This document shows, one piece after another, positions 55,135 through 64,000 of a DNA stretch of 64,000 bases. Made by a program: the position numbers and the translations under genes. The stretch is from an uncultured virus (IMG/VR IMGVR_UViG_2687453479_000001). Lineage: Duplodnaviria > Heunggongvirae > Uroviricota > Caudoviricetes. The notes beneath the pieces were generated by a model. That model worked only from the letters and a program-made list of their open reading frames with translations, was not told where the DNA came from and ran no database searches. The stretch lies in IMG/VR virus record IMGVR_UViG_2687453479_000001; one strand, 5' to 3'. Every line of letters begins with the position of its first letter. Position 1 is the first letter of the stretch.

Positions 55135-55409
55135 TCCAGCACCCCAGGTTCACGCAGCAACTTCTTCAGACGCGGCTTGCTTTGCACCGGGCGGTCCAGC
55201 GCCTCCTGGAAGGCCTGCCACTGTGTGTCGTCCAGCACGAACTGGCGACGATCCGCCAGCGTCTGCGCGGCCGCCGTCACGCCCGCGTCGAGCAGGAACT
55301 CGCTCACGTTCTTGTGGCAGGCGCGTGCGGCTTCCTGCAGCAGTTGCTTGACTGGCGTGCTGGCACGAACGTCAATGCGTTCGGTCTTGGAAAGATTCAG
55401 GGTGCTCAT
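55131..55409 (-). CDS. DUF1778 RHH antitoxin
   Basis: KTERIDVR..KQLLQEAA..VSEFLL..FQEALDRP. Confidence 0.88.
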   Translation of the reverse strand: MSTLNLSKTERIDVRASTPVKQLLQEAARACHKNVSEFLLDAGVTAAAQTLADRRQFVLDDTQWQAFQEALDRPVQSKPRLKKLLREPGVLD

Positions 55410-55712
55410 GGTGCCCCTCCGGACTGATCTTGGATGCTTCTATTGTAGGCGTCCGGACATTGTCCTGACAAGGTGTTTCCTCTGCCACCCAATGCTGCAA
55501 TCCAACCGCTTGATTCGTCCGCGCGTAACGCATTGATTTATAATGGCCTTGTTCGCGGCGTTTGCGGACTTCGGGCGTGTATGGGGGAGCGAGGCCGGAG
55601 AGAAAAACGGCCGGGAGAGAGAGGAAGGTGGCCTTGGACGGGGCCAGGGGCCGGACGCCGAAGTCCGCAGGCTTTCGCAGGAAGCCCCGCGAACACGCGG
55701 GAACCGGCGCGA

Positions 55713-55773
55713 TCGGGCAAGAAAAAAACCCCAACTGAGAACAGTTGGGGTTTGGGTATTGGTGGGCCGGGGG
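55713..55773 (-). terminator. CCACCA end + intrinsic terminator; att-like junction of elements C and D
   Basis: Minus strand CCCCCGGCCCACCA..AAACCCCAACTG-TTCT-CAGTTGGGGTTTTTTTCTTGCCCGA. Confidence 0.65.
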
Positions 55774-55857
55774 CTATAGAATGTTGCGTCTAAGCCACTG
55801 ATTGATAGGAAAATTCCATATCGCGTAAAGGTCGGCTACCCGTAAAACTACCCGCAC

Positions 55858-56136
55858 TCACACGGCCATGGCCCGGTACGGGTTCAGCAGGCGCTCGTAG
55901 GTCAGGCTGGCATAAAGCTGGCGGTCGGCCTGGCGCTCGCGGTTCTCGTACAGATCGCCCACTTGCAGCAGGATGGCGGCCTGGACCGGCGACGGCGTGC
56001 CGTTGCTGTCGAAGGCGTCCAGGTTCAGGTAATCCAGGGTGGCCGCTTCCGCCGCGTCGATCATCGCCAGGATGGCTTCGTCTTCGTCGTCATGGGTGAT
56101 GCGCAGGTGCGCTTTGGCTTGCTCAAGGGTAATCAC
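55858..56136 (-). CDS. Head-tail connector (HK97 gp6-like)
   Basis: ITLEQAKAHLRI..DEDE..LYENRE..LLNPYR. Confidence 0.9.
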   Translation of the reverse strand: MITLEQAKAHLRITHDDEDEAILAMIDAAEAATLDYLNLDAFDSNGTPSPVQAAILLQVGDLYENRERQADRQLYASLTYERLLNPYRAMAV

Positions 56137-56468
56137 GATATCTTCACTCCAGTTTCGGCCATCATGACAAGCTGACGGCGGCGGTTGTCGGGCAGAATGG
56201 CTTTCACGTCAAAGGTCACGCCGTCCAGTACTAGGCGCTTGTCCTGGCTGATTTCTATGTCGGTGCGGTAGCGCGTGATGATGCGCCAGGTGGTTTCGGC
56301 CTGCTCGGCGGCAGCTGCCAGGAACTCGCGGCCCTGGATGCCCTCGACCTTGGCCCACATGTGGCCGATCTCCACCCACTCGTAGATCACTTCGCCGGTC
56401 ACCGGGTCTTGGCTGACGTACCGATGCTCTTGGATCGACAGCCGGTGCCTCATTTCACCGCTACGCAT
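56133..56468 (-). CDS. Head closure / head-tail adaptor (SPP1 gp16-like)
   Basis: MRSGEMRHRLSIQ..WAKVE..GREF..RYRTDI. Confidence 0.88.
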   Translation of the reverse strand: MRSGEMRHRLSIQEHRYVSQDPVTGEVIYEWVEIGHMWAKVEGIQGREFLAAAAEQAETTWRIITRYRTDIEISQDKRLVLDGVTFDVKAILPDNRRRQLVMMAETGVKIS

Positions 56469-56606
56469 ACTTCCTCCATCGAATAGGTGCCGGTCGCGGC
56501 GCGCGTCTGCGTCCCACCGGCTGACGGGGTTTTCAAGGAGGCGCGGCACTCGCCGTCTAATCCGCGTCCGGTCTTCCTGCTTGCGCAGCCCTCACCGGCG
56601 AAGGGT

Positions 56607-58103
56607 TTAAATGAAGAAGATTTCATCCGGGACCCCTTGGGTTTGCTCGGTTCTGGTCGCCACGCCAAAGGCCATCGCCAGTGCTTGGATGCCATCGATG
56701 CGGCCGGTCTGGCGGCTCTTGTCCAGCTTGCGGTTGCCGGCCGGGTCTTTCGTGGTCGTCGCATTGGCCGCGCACCAGGTCAGCACCGGGTGATTGCCGT
56801 GGGCCACTTCCTCGTTCAGCAGCGCTGCTTCCAGTGCATCGAGCGCGGGGGACATGTCCTTGAAGCCTTGGCCCCATTCGACTAGGGGGAAGTCCAGGCC
56901 CAGACGGTCCAGTTCACGCTTGAGCACGTCCATGCGCCAGCGATCGAAAGCAACGGCCTGTATATCCACGTCGGACAGGATCGAGGCCATATCGCTGGCT
57001 ACCTGTTCGTAGTCGATAGCAGCGCTATCACAGACGCGCAGGAAGCCTTGCTGCGCCCAGGTAAGGTACGGAGCGCGGTCGCGGCGTTCGCGGTCCTGTA
57101 GGCCCTGCTTGGGCGTCCAGAAGTGCGGCTGGACGCACCACACGCCATCAACCTGGCCGATCAGCACCAGGGCCGTCAGGTCAGTGCGTGCCGACAAATC
57201 CAAGCCGGCGAATACCGGACCATCGAAAGCCACAGGATCGGCGCTGTTGGCCTTCCATACGTCCGGGCTGATAAAGGGGCTGTTCAGGCTCACGCGCTGG
57301 TTCAGCAGCAGGTTGCGGGCCGTGTTCGCCATGCTGGGCATGCGGGCGGCCTGTTGCATCTGTTCGCGCAGGTCGGCCAGACTGCGGAACGTGCCCAGGG
57401 CCGGGTTGGCAGCCCTCCAGGCGGCCTCGTCCAACAGTTCGCAATCTTTCGGCGCTTCGTACACTCGGCACACTGTGCGCGGGTCGTTGCTGGTCTTGGC
57501 ATCGTCAATCCAGGTGCTCAGCAGATCTGCATCGCTCGCCGCTTGCGTGCTGATGGCAATCAGCAGCGGCGCTTCGTGTGCCCCCTGGCTGGTGGTGATG
57601 GCGTCCACGAAGTCGGACTGCGGGCCGCGAACTTGGCCGATCTCGTCCAGGATTGCCAGCACCGGTGACAGGCCGTGCGCCGTTCTGCCGTCAGCGGCCA
57701 GGGCGCGGTATTCCACGTTCAGCGGCAAGCCAATCAGACGTTTGCCGCTGGGGATGATCCGCACCAAGTCAACCAGGCGCGGGGACTGCTGGACCATCTT
57801 GGCCGCCAGGTTGAATACTAGGCTGGCTTGATCTCGTGACATGGCGCCGCTGACGATCTGGCTGTTCTGGCGGGCTTCCGGGCCTACCAGGTGCGCCAGC
57901 AATAGGCCGGCAATCAATCCGGTCTTACCGTTCTTGCGGGCAATCGACAGGATGGCACGGCGCGTACCGGCCGGGTTGTCGTAGGTGTCGCGGATGAAGT
58001 CCTTCTGAAAATTAGCCAAGCGCAGAGGCTGGCCCACCAGCGCACCTTCAGGCACGCGGCAGTAGCTCTCCACGAAGCGGATGATCTTCTCGGCGCGGGT
58101 CAT
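56607..58103 (-). CDS. terL: Terminase large subunit (HK97-like)
   Basis: ARKNGKT, ILDE, ISTQ, GLDLS, RIDG. Confidence 0.92.
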   Translation of the reverse strand: MTRAEKIIRFVESYCRVPEGALVGQPLRLANFQKDFIRDTYDNPAGTRRAILSIARKNGKTGLIAGLLLAHLVGPEARQNSQIVSGAMSRDQASLVFNLAAKMVQQSPRLVDLVRIIPSGKRLIGLPLNVEYRALAADGRTAHGLSPVLAILDEIGQVRGPQSDFVDAITTSQGAHEAPLLIAISTQAASDADLLSTWIDDAKTSNDPRTVCRVYEAPKDCELLDEAAWRAANPALGTFRSLADLREQMQQAARMPSMANTARNLLLNQRVSLNSPFISPDVWKANSADPVAFDGPVFAGLDLSARTDLTALVLIGQVDGVWCVQPHFWTPKQGLQDRERRDRAPYLTWAQQGFLRVCDSAAIDYEQVASDMASILSDVDIQAVAFDRWRMDVLKRELDRLGLDFPLVEWGQGFKDMSPALDALEAALLNEEVAHGNHPVLTWCAANATTTKDPAGNRKLDKSRQTGRIDGIQALAMAFGVATRTEQTQGVPDEIFFI

Positions 58104-58558
58104 TGCAAGGTCGCCATCGTCGGAATCAGGTCATCATCGGGGCGCTGGCGGGCCTGCCGTTCAAGCTCCAGCGCCTTGCCCTGATTCTGACTGCGGCCGG
58201 TCGTGGCTTCAGCGTGAACATGCAAGGCGCGGGCCATCGACACCACGCGGCGCGCCAGCGTCTCGGCCAGTTTGTGCTTGGGGTTCAGCCTGCCTTCGAT
58301 CACGTCGCCCTCGATGTCCAACTCGCCTTGCAGGCGCTCCAGCGTGGCTTGGTCGCGGGCCATGACGGCAGCCAGCGCCAGGTCGGCATCGTTCCACCGA
58401 TCACGCGGACGGTTCAACACGATGGCATTCCAGAACGGCTTGGCGGCATCGGGAAGCGCGACATGCGCAGGAGGCAGCAGCGGACCAAGCGCAGCATTCT
58501 GCGTAGCCTGTACAGCAGCCTTGGCGCTATCAGAGCGGGTGTGTCTGTCGGTTTTCAT
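58100..58558 (-). CDS. terS: Terminase small subunit
   Basis: PPAH..FW..NP pattern; between HNH and terL with ATGA overlap. Confidence 0.75.
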   Translation of the reverse strand: MKTDRHTRSDSAKAAVQATQNAALGPLLPPAHVALPDAAKPFWNAIVLNRPRDRWNDADLALAAVMARDQATLERLQGELDIEGDVIEGRLNPKHKLAETLARRVVSMARALHVHAEATTGRSQNQGKALELERQARQRPDDDLIPTMATLQ

Positions 58559-58593
58559 GATGTGAAATATCTGCCCTTAGCGATAAAGGAAAG

Positions 58594-58607
58594 CTGGGGG
58601 CGCGGTC
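58594..58607 (-). other. Possible HK97-type cos site
   Basis: GACCGCGCCCCCAG in the HNH-terS intergenic gap. Confidence 0.35.
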
Positions 58608-58608
58608 T

Positions 58609-59046
58609 TTAGCCATCAGCTTCCAGTGAGTTCCGTTGGCGTCCTTCAACGTTCCAGGGATGGTCAGGGTCAAGCGGCATGCCGTTCACGTCGCAGCCCA
58701 TGTACACGCTCTTGCCGTGGTCGCGTGCGGTCTTGATCGAATGGCACGAATGACACAGGCTGGCCAGGTTCGCCATGCTGTTGTCGCTGGGGTCACCGTT
58801 CACATGGTCAACATCGGTGGCCTGGACGACCAAGCCGCGCTCTGCGCAGTGCTCACACAAGGGGGACTCCGCCAGGATGTAGGCTCGCAGCTTGCGCCAA
58901 GCGCTGCTGTTCAGCGGTATGGCGCGGCGTGGGTCGGCGTTGCGTCCGCTCGGTCGGGCCTTCTTGCTGCCCAAGGTCCGGATGCCTTTTTCTTCCAGGA
59001 TGGTGCTCATGGTGCGGATGCGCGGTTCAAGGCGACGTAGCTTCAT
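58609..59046 (-). CDS. Terminase-associated HNH endonuclease
   Basis: PLCEHC..DVDH..NLASLCHSCHSIKT. Confidence 0.88.
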   Translation of the reverse strand: MKLRRLEPRIRTMSTILEEKGIRTLGSKKARPSGRNADPRRAIPLNSSAWRKLRAYILAESPLCEHCAERGLVVQATDVDHVNGDPSDNSMANLASLCHSCHSIKTARDHGKSVYMGCDVNGMPLDPDHPWNVEGRQRNSLEADG

Positions 59047-60257
59047 TCTCCGCGCTCCTTGCTCGGATAGGGTTGTGTGGGTGTGATCGGGGCCTGGCCT
59101 TGCGTCGGGGTATCGTCCAGGCCCTCGATGGGCGGCAGGTTTTCCAGTTCGCGGGCCTCGCTCTTGCGCATCCATCCGGCCTGTATGCCGCTGGCGTAGA
59201 AGGCGGCGCGGGTAGTGCTGTCGCCACGCAGCAGACCTTCTACCGAATGTTCAGCAAAGTAGGTCCGGCGTCCGGCTTCGGTCAGGCACTTGGTGCTGAT
59301 GGCCTGTTCCCACATGGTCAGCCAGCGGCGCAAGGTCAGCGTCACGAACTGCCGGTTCAGTTCCACGCTGTTGGAGTAGTTCGCGGCCTCCATCGCACCG
59401 ATGATGGTGGGAGGCACGCGGAAAAGGCGGGCCACCTCGGCCACGTTGAACTTGCGCGCCTCGATCCACTCGGCGTCTTCCAGACTCATGCTGATGGGCT
59501 TGTAGGTCAGGCCAGCTTCCAGCACGGGCGTCTTGCCACTGTTGCCAGCGCCGCCGTACTGATTCGCCCAGGACTGCTTCAGCGCCTCACGTTGTTCAGG
59601 CTTGAGCACCGCCGCTGTCTCCAGCACGCCGGCCAGCTTGGCACCATGGCGGAAGGTAGCCGTGCCGTGCTCCTGCTCGGATTGGGCAAGCTCGATCACG
59701 CCCCGCGCCACGGCAATGGGCGACAAGCCCAGCACGCCGTCAGGGCCGATACGATGGCGCAGGTGTAGGCATTCGTCGGCCAGCAGGCGGATGACCGCGC
59801 CATGCCGGTCGGTGTACTCGTAAGCCAGCTTGCCGTTGGCAAGGCGCAGCACCTGGACATTCGACAATGGCCACAGTTCGCGCACCTGGCCATCGCTGCC
59901 GCGCACGATGCGGGCAAAGGCGTTGCCGGTCAGCAGCACCGATGCCGTCATCATCTCGCGGAACTCCATCGCGGTCTGCTCGGGGTTCGGCTGGTCTTGC
60001 AGCACCTTGTACAGCGGGTGATTGCGGGCCTTCTCGCGGCTTGCGCCGGTGTCGCGGTACAGGTGCAGCGGCAAGGTGCTGACGGTCTCTGCAATGGCCG
60101 ACACACACGCGAAAACGGCGCTTACGCCTTGCGCCGTCTGTGCGTTCACCGGGCCGGTGCGCAGGGCCGCGAAGTCCTGCCAATAGCTGTCACCGCCTGG
60201 CGCTTGATTCGTGCTGCGGCGCTCGTAGCCCAGGCGGTTCATGATTCGGCTCAGCAT
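59043..60257 (-). CDS. HK97-family portal protein
   Basis: AVFACVSAIAETVSTLP, GLSPI, VARLFRVPP, LLRGD. Confidence 0.93.
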   Translation of the reverse strand: MLSRIMNRLGYERRSTNQAPGGDSYWQDFAALRTGPVNAQTAQGVSAVFACVSAIAETVSTLPLHLYRDTGASREKARNHPLYKVLQDQPNPEQTAMEFREMMTASVLLTGNAFARIVRGSDGQVRELWPLSNVQVLRLANGKLAYEYTDRHGAVIRLLADECLHLRHRIGPDGVLGLSPIAVARGVIELAQSEQEHGTATFRHGAKLAGVLETAAVLKPEQREALKQSWANQYGGAGNSGKTPVLEAGLTYKPISMSLEDAEWIEARKFNVAEVARLFRVPPTIIGAMEAANYSNSVELNRQFVTLTLRRWLTMWEQAISTKCLTEAGRRTYFAEHSVEGLLRGDSTTRAAFYASGIQAGWMRKSEARELENLPPIEGLDDTPTQGQAPITPTQPYPSKERGE

Positions 60258-60796
60258 CGCACAGTCTCCAGCCAGCGGCGGGCATTCAGGAAGAACATCT
60301 GCGGCTCACGCGGGCGGCTGCGCAGGGCCACGCTTGTATCCTGATAGGCAGGGTCATGGGTCAGCGTGATCTCGGCCAGGTCCACATCCAGCAGTTCGCG
60401 CACGAAGGTGCCATCGCCTCGATCTTCCCAGCGGTCGCCACCAGCGTTCACGCGAAAGCCGAAAGAACAGCCGGACACGTCGCCACGGTCAACCAGTACG
60501 GCCAGGTCGCGGCCATGCGTGGTATCAGGCAGGGCAAGATCAAAAGCCAGGCCATGGTCATCCTCACGAAGTTGAAGCGTGCCGCCTCGGGTCGTACCCA
60601 GCAGCGCATCGCCTTGATGGTGGTACAAGGCGCGGATGTTGGTGCCAGCCGCGAGCGCCTTTTGGAATGCGCCGGGCCGGATGATCTCGATAAAGCCGCC
60701 CAGGTTCGCTTCGCTGTTGAAGCGGGCGGCGTATCCGGTCAGGCGGCCAGGCGAAGCGGCACGCAAGGTGCCGGATGCGCGAATCTCCAGTGCCAT
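60251..60796 (-). CDS. HK97-family prohead protease
   Basis: GYAARF, CSFGF, EIT..PAY. Confidence 0.92.
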   Translation of the reverse strand: MALEIRASGTLRAASPGRLTGYAARFNSEANLGGFIEIIRPGAFQKALAAGTNIRALYHHQGDALLGTTRGGTLQLREDDHGLAFDLALPDTTHGRDLAVLVDRGDVSGCSFGFRVNAGGDRWEDRGDGTFVRELLDVDLAEITLTHDPAYQDTSVALRSRPREPQMFFLNARRWLETVRC

Positions 60797-60811
60797 GCGT
60801 GCCGCTCCCGA

Positions 60812-62020
60812 TCAGGCCGTCAGGTCGTTGGCGATCACGAAGGCTTGTTCATGGCGGCAAGCCGTGCCCACCGTCGCCATCGCTCGCACCTGGACACCGC
60901 CGCGGCTGTATGCCGGTTCGGCATAGGGATTGACCAGGATGTCCAACTCGGACCAGACGCCCAGCAGGATTTGCGAGAAGTCGCCCAGGATGACAGGCTC
61001 GCCGTTACTGTCGCCTTCCAGGCTGCGGGTGACGTACAGGGGGCGATCCGCCATCGCGCCGCCTTCCAGCAGGTAGCCAGGCAGGCCCGCTTCCTTCAGC
61101 GTCGATGCCAGGATCGTCTTGCCGGTGCCGGTAGTCAGCCACGCACCGCCGAAGATTTCTTCGTCTTCCAGCTTCTGCGCGAAGGCCAGGACGTTGGCCC
61201 AGGTCAGGCTCGACAGGCTTCCAGTCTGCGCGCCAGCGAAGTTCAGCACGCCCAGCGGTTCATTGTTGGTGCCGGTGCCGGCGATGATGGCGCGGTCGAT
61301 CTGCTTGGCGATCAGGAAAGCCAAGTCATCGCGTACAAGCTGCTCGATTTCGGGGCTGGACTGCTGGATCAGTTGGCGGGACATTTCGGTCTTTCCGCCC
61401 ACATGCTTGGGCTCCAGGCCCACCGAGTCGAAGGCCATTTCCCCTTCAGGCACCGCGCCCCCTTCAGCCACCCAGCCGGTTTCCAGGCCGCTGCCGTACT
61501 TCGGGATGGACAGATTGCCGCGCAGTCCAGTCAGCACACGCACGCCCAGGCGGCGGGCGATTAGGGCCTCACGCAGCGGGCCGATGTACAGATCGGCGCG
61601 GTGAACGGTCGGCACGATCTCCGATGCGCTGGTCGTGGTGTTGGCACGGGTTTCCAGCAGCGAAAGGGGAACGAAAGCGCCTTGCGCCTTGCGTCCGGTG
61701 CGACGTTCGGCTTCCTGGCTGTACTCGGCGGCGGCGCCGCTCAGGGTACGGCCCTCCATCTGGCTGCGCAGCACGTCCAGCAGGGACACGCGCTTTTCCA
61801 GGTCGGCCAGGCCGTCGCCGCCGTTGACAGGCTCGCCGGCGGCGCGGCGCTCCATGTCGTCGATGAATTGCTGGCGGTGTTCGGCGGCTTCCAGGTCGGT
61901 GATCTCGGCCTTCAGCTTGTCGAAGGCAGTTTGCTTCTCGGCGGTCATGTCGCCGGCTAGCAGGGCGCGGGCTTCGGCCACCTTGGCGGCGCGGGCCTCG
62001 CGGATTTCGTGAAGTTTCAT
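60812..62020 (-). CDS. Major capsid protein (HK97 fold)
   Basis: N-terminal coiled scaffold, WVAEG, SRQLIQQS, GDFS. Confidence 0.9.
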   Translation of the reverse strand: MKLHEIREARAAKVAEARALLAGDMTAEKQTAFDKLKAEITDLEAAEHRQQFIDDMERRAAGEPVNGGDGLADLEKRVSLLDVLRSQMEGRTLSGAAAEYSQEAERRTGRKAQGAFVPLSLLETRANTTTSASEIVPTVHRADLYIGPLREALIARRLGVRVLTGLRGNLSIPKYGSGLETGWVAEGGAVPEGEMAFDSVGLEPKHVGGKTEMSRQLIQQSSPEIEQLVRDDLAFLIAKQIDRAIIAGTGTNNEPLGVLNFAGAQTGSLSSLTWANVLAFAQKLEDEEIFGGAWLTTGTGKTILASTLKEAGLPGYLLEGGAMADRPLYVTRSLEGDSNGEPVILGDFSQILLGVWSELDILVNPYAEPAYSRGGVQVRAMATVGTACRHEQAFVIANDLTA

Positions 62021-62044
62021 GGTGGGTTCCTATAGGAAGAAGTG

Positions 62045-62089
62045 CTGTATTTCCATACAGGAAATAGCATTCCTACAGGGACCGTGCAA
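62045..62089 (-). promoter_or_regulatory. Sigma70 promoter with LexA (SOS) box
   Basis: TTGCAC-N17-TATTTC directly followed by CTGT-N8-ACAG (62045-62060). Confidence 0.72.
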
Positions 62090-62197
62090 TATGCCTAATT
62101 GAATGAAAACGGCAGTGGATTTTGGTGGACGATGAATATTTTCTAGCGTTGGATTTCGGCGACGAACAGAAGACTGTTTGTCGATGGCCGCCAGTCG

Positions 62198-62273
62198 CCG
62201 AAGGTGCTCAAACTTTCCCGAAGGTGCTCAGTTATTTTGTTGAGCACCTTCGGCGTTTTTTGAGCACCTTCGG
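62198..62273. repeat. Four 13-bp iterons, putative origin of element D
   Basis: CCGAAGGTGCTCA at 62198 and 62218; inverted copies at 62241 and 62261. Confidence 0.8.
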
Positions 62274-62278
62274 GAGAA

Positions 62279-63430
62279 TCAGGGCAAGCGCCATATCCAG
62301 CGCTGCTTGCTGCCGCTGCCCGGCTGGCCTTCCTTGATCGCTTGCGCGTTGATTTCTTTCTGGGCGCGCCGGATGGTCGCCCACGAGTATCCGGCGTCCG
62401 TTGCGTCGGCTCGGATTGCCTTGACCGGCACAGGGCCATCGGACAGCAGATCACGCAGAAACTGCACAGCATCGGCCAGATCGGATGCGCCGCCTTCGGG
62501 TTGGTGCTCTACCGTGCCCAAGATTTCACGGGCGCTGCCCTCGATCCTTCCGCCCCACAAGACGCGGGTAGTTTCGATGCCACTATCGAGAATGTACGAC
62601 TCGACGGTGTAGGACACGCCCCCATCGTCCAGTGCCAGATTGTTCTTGGCACGCGCCAGGACTCTGATGTTTTCTTCCTCCTTCTTGGCTGCCATCAGAA
62701 CTGTGCGCGCCAAGGCACCGAATGCTTGGGAACCTATGACGCGATCCTGGGGCTTTGTCCCGTCCGACCCCTTGCGAAGATGGCTGATTCCGATGACTGC
62801 ACAACCCTGTGCTTCGGCAAGATCGACCAAGGGCTGAAGTGCCCGGCGCACATCGTTGCTGCGGTGCATGTCGCCTGCCACGGCGGATACGATAGGGTCC
62901 ACGATCAGCAAGGACGCGCCCCCGATCTGCGCCACAGCGTCAATCAACCCTGGCGTATCCGTCGCGGGATCAAAGGGCTGCGTCTTCCCTTGTGTGTCGA
63001 TCAGCCCATCAATAAAGAAAACGCGCGAACATTCTGCCCCGCAAGCTGCAAGGCGCGGCTTGAGCGTATCAGCCGCATCGTCTTCGCCGGACCAGATCAA
63101 GACGTTGCCTACGTCCCGGTGCGGCGCGCCATCCGGCCAATAACCGCCGGCAGTTACTGTGGCGGCCAGGCCCAAGGCGAGGGTGGTTTTGCCGCAGCCT
63201 GCGTCGCCGGCCAAGATGGTCAGCTTGCCGCGTGCAAGCCAGCCAGGCCAAAGCCACTCAACCGATTTCTCGATCACGTCGGTGGCCTGGGTCAGCTTTA
63301 CATTGGATCGTTTCCCTTCGCCATGCGGTATCTGGAAATACGCATCAATCGGCGGCAATGGTTCCTGGGGCGGCAGGGTGGCGTCAATTCTGGCTTGTGC
63401 CTGCTCCAGCAGGGTCATGCTATCGGACAT
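62279..63430 (-). CDS. AAA_25/RepA-like helicase
   Basis: WLWPGWL, GDAGCGKT, SGEDD, IVDP, SHLRK. Confidence 0.85.
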   Translation of the reverse strand: MSDSMTLLEQAQARIDATLPPQEPLPPIDAYFQIPHGEGKRSNVKLTQATDVIEKSVEWLWPGWLARGKLTILAGDAGCGKTTLALGLAATVTAGGYWPDGAPHRDVGNVLIWSGEDDAADTLKPRLAACGAECSRVFFIDGLIDTQGKTQPFDPATDTPGLIDAVAQIGGASLLIVDPIVSAVAGDMHRSNDVRRALQPLVDLAEAQGCAVIGISHLRKGSDGTKPQDRVIGSQAFGALARTVLMAAKKEEENIRVLARAKNNLALDDGGVSYTVESYILDSGIETTRVLWGGRIEGSAREILGTVEHQPEGGASDLADAVQFLRDLLSDGPVPVKAIRADATDAGYSWATIRRAQKEINAQAIKEGQPGSGSKQRWIWRLP

Positions 63431-63845
63431 GGCACACCTCCAGCGCGTGATTGATGCGGCCCGCTGCCACCATCAGGCGGGATCGGTCGCTGTCGGTAAG
63501 GACCACACCTTGGGCCAGATTGCCGGCAGCAACCGCCGCCAGCGTAGCCTCGAAGCCAATGCAGCGCAGCGCATCGGCGTAACTGAAGGGCATGCGTTCA
63601 CGCCGGGTCTTATCTATCGGCGCAGGCTTCTCCGGATACAGGTCTCGGCTACCCAGGCCGATGGCACCCAGCACTTCGCCAATGCCGCATCCGGCAAAGC
63701 AGTGCATCAGCACCGTGCCATCCTCTTTTTCTCGGACGGCAAGGGACGGATGTTTGTCGCCGTGGGCCGGGCAACGGGCCACCCATCGGTCAGTGCCCGT
63801 TCGGCGCACGCCTTCCAGGCGATTCAGGATGGTATCTATGCTCAA
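63420..63845 (-). CDS. Primase zinc-binding-domain protein
   Basis: ARCPAHGDKHPSL..HCFAGC. Confidence 0.8.
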   Translation of the reverse strand: MSIDTILNRLEGVRRTGTDRWVARCPAHGDKHPSLAVREKEDGTVLMHCFAGCGIGEVLGAIGLGSRDLYPEKPAPIDKTRRERMPFSYADALRCIGFEATLAAVAAGNLAQGVVLTDSDRSRLMVAAGRINHALEVCHVR

Positions 63846-63858
63846 TTGCCGTCCCCTG

Positions 63859-64000
63859 TTACGCGGTGACGGCGCGGGCAGCCTGGACACGCTCGGCGAT
63901 CCAGTTATCAATGTCTCGTTCCAGCCAGCCGACAGCACGCATGCCCATCGGCAGGCTTTGGGGGAAATTGCCCAAGGCCATGTGCTTGTAGATTGAGCTG
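63859..64000 (-). CDS. alpA: AlpA family regulator, partial (5' end off-window)
   Basis: Manual translation SSIYKHMALGNFPQSLPMGMRAVGWLERDIDNWI. Confidence 0.85.
   Translation of the reverse strand, partial: SSIYKHMALGNFPQSLPMGMRAVGWLERDIDNWIAERVQAARAVTA

Larger units (their letters stand above)
55774..64000 (-). mobile_element. Element D: capsid-forming PICI-like satellite (continues beyond window)
   Basis: alpA-primase-helicase-ori-capsid-protease-portal-HNH-terS-terL-adaptors then att; no tail or lysis genes. Confidence 0.82.

Overview
GC-rich, probably betaproteobacterial (inferred) accessory region with no core chromosomal genes. It reads as a tandem stack of integrative elements whose junctions carry fragments resembling a tRNA/tmRNA 3' end. 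(A) <1-~11670: a small serine-recombinase island with a type III-like methyltransferase, primase-helicase, iteron origin, AlpA-like HTH, Doc-type TA pair and TWO lambda-like cos sites, but no packaging or structural genes in the visible part, i.e. a candidate satellite. (B) ~11850-15400: a remnant element with IS630, Fic, HTH and DUF6088. (C) ~15530-55773: a lambda/WO-like serine-recombinase prophage broken by several deletions (capsid, protease, most tail genes and immunity region absent). Its left part is a defence cluster: an unknown TIGR04255-like three-gene operon, type I R-M with HTH-fused HsdM, HNH, an RpoD-like sigma factor and a broken DrmA-like helicase. (D) 55774->64000: a tail-less, capsid-forming PICI-like element whose head operon has a perfect LexA box. 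A conserved 30-bp promoter-like motif recurs 7 times across A, B and C. Family names come from motif recognition, not database searches.
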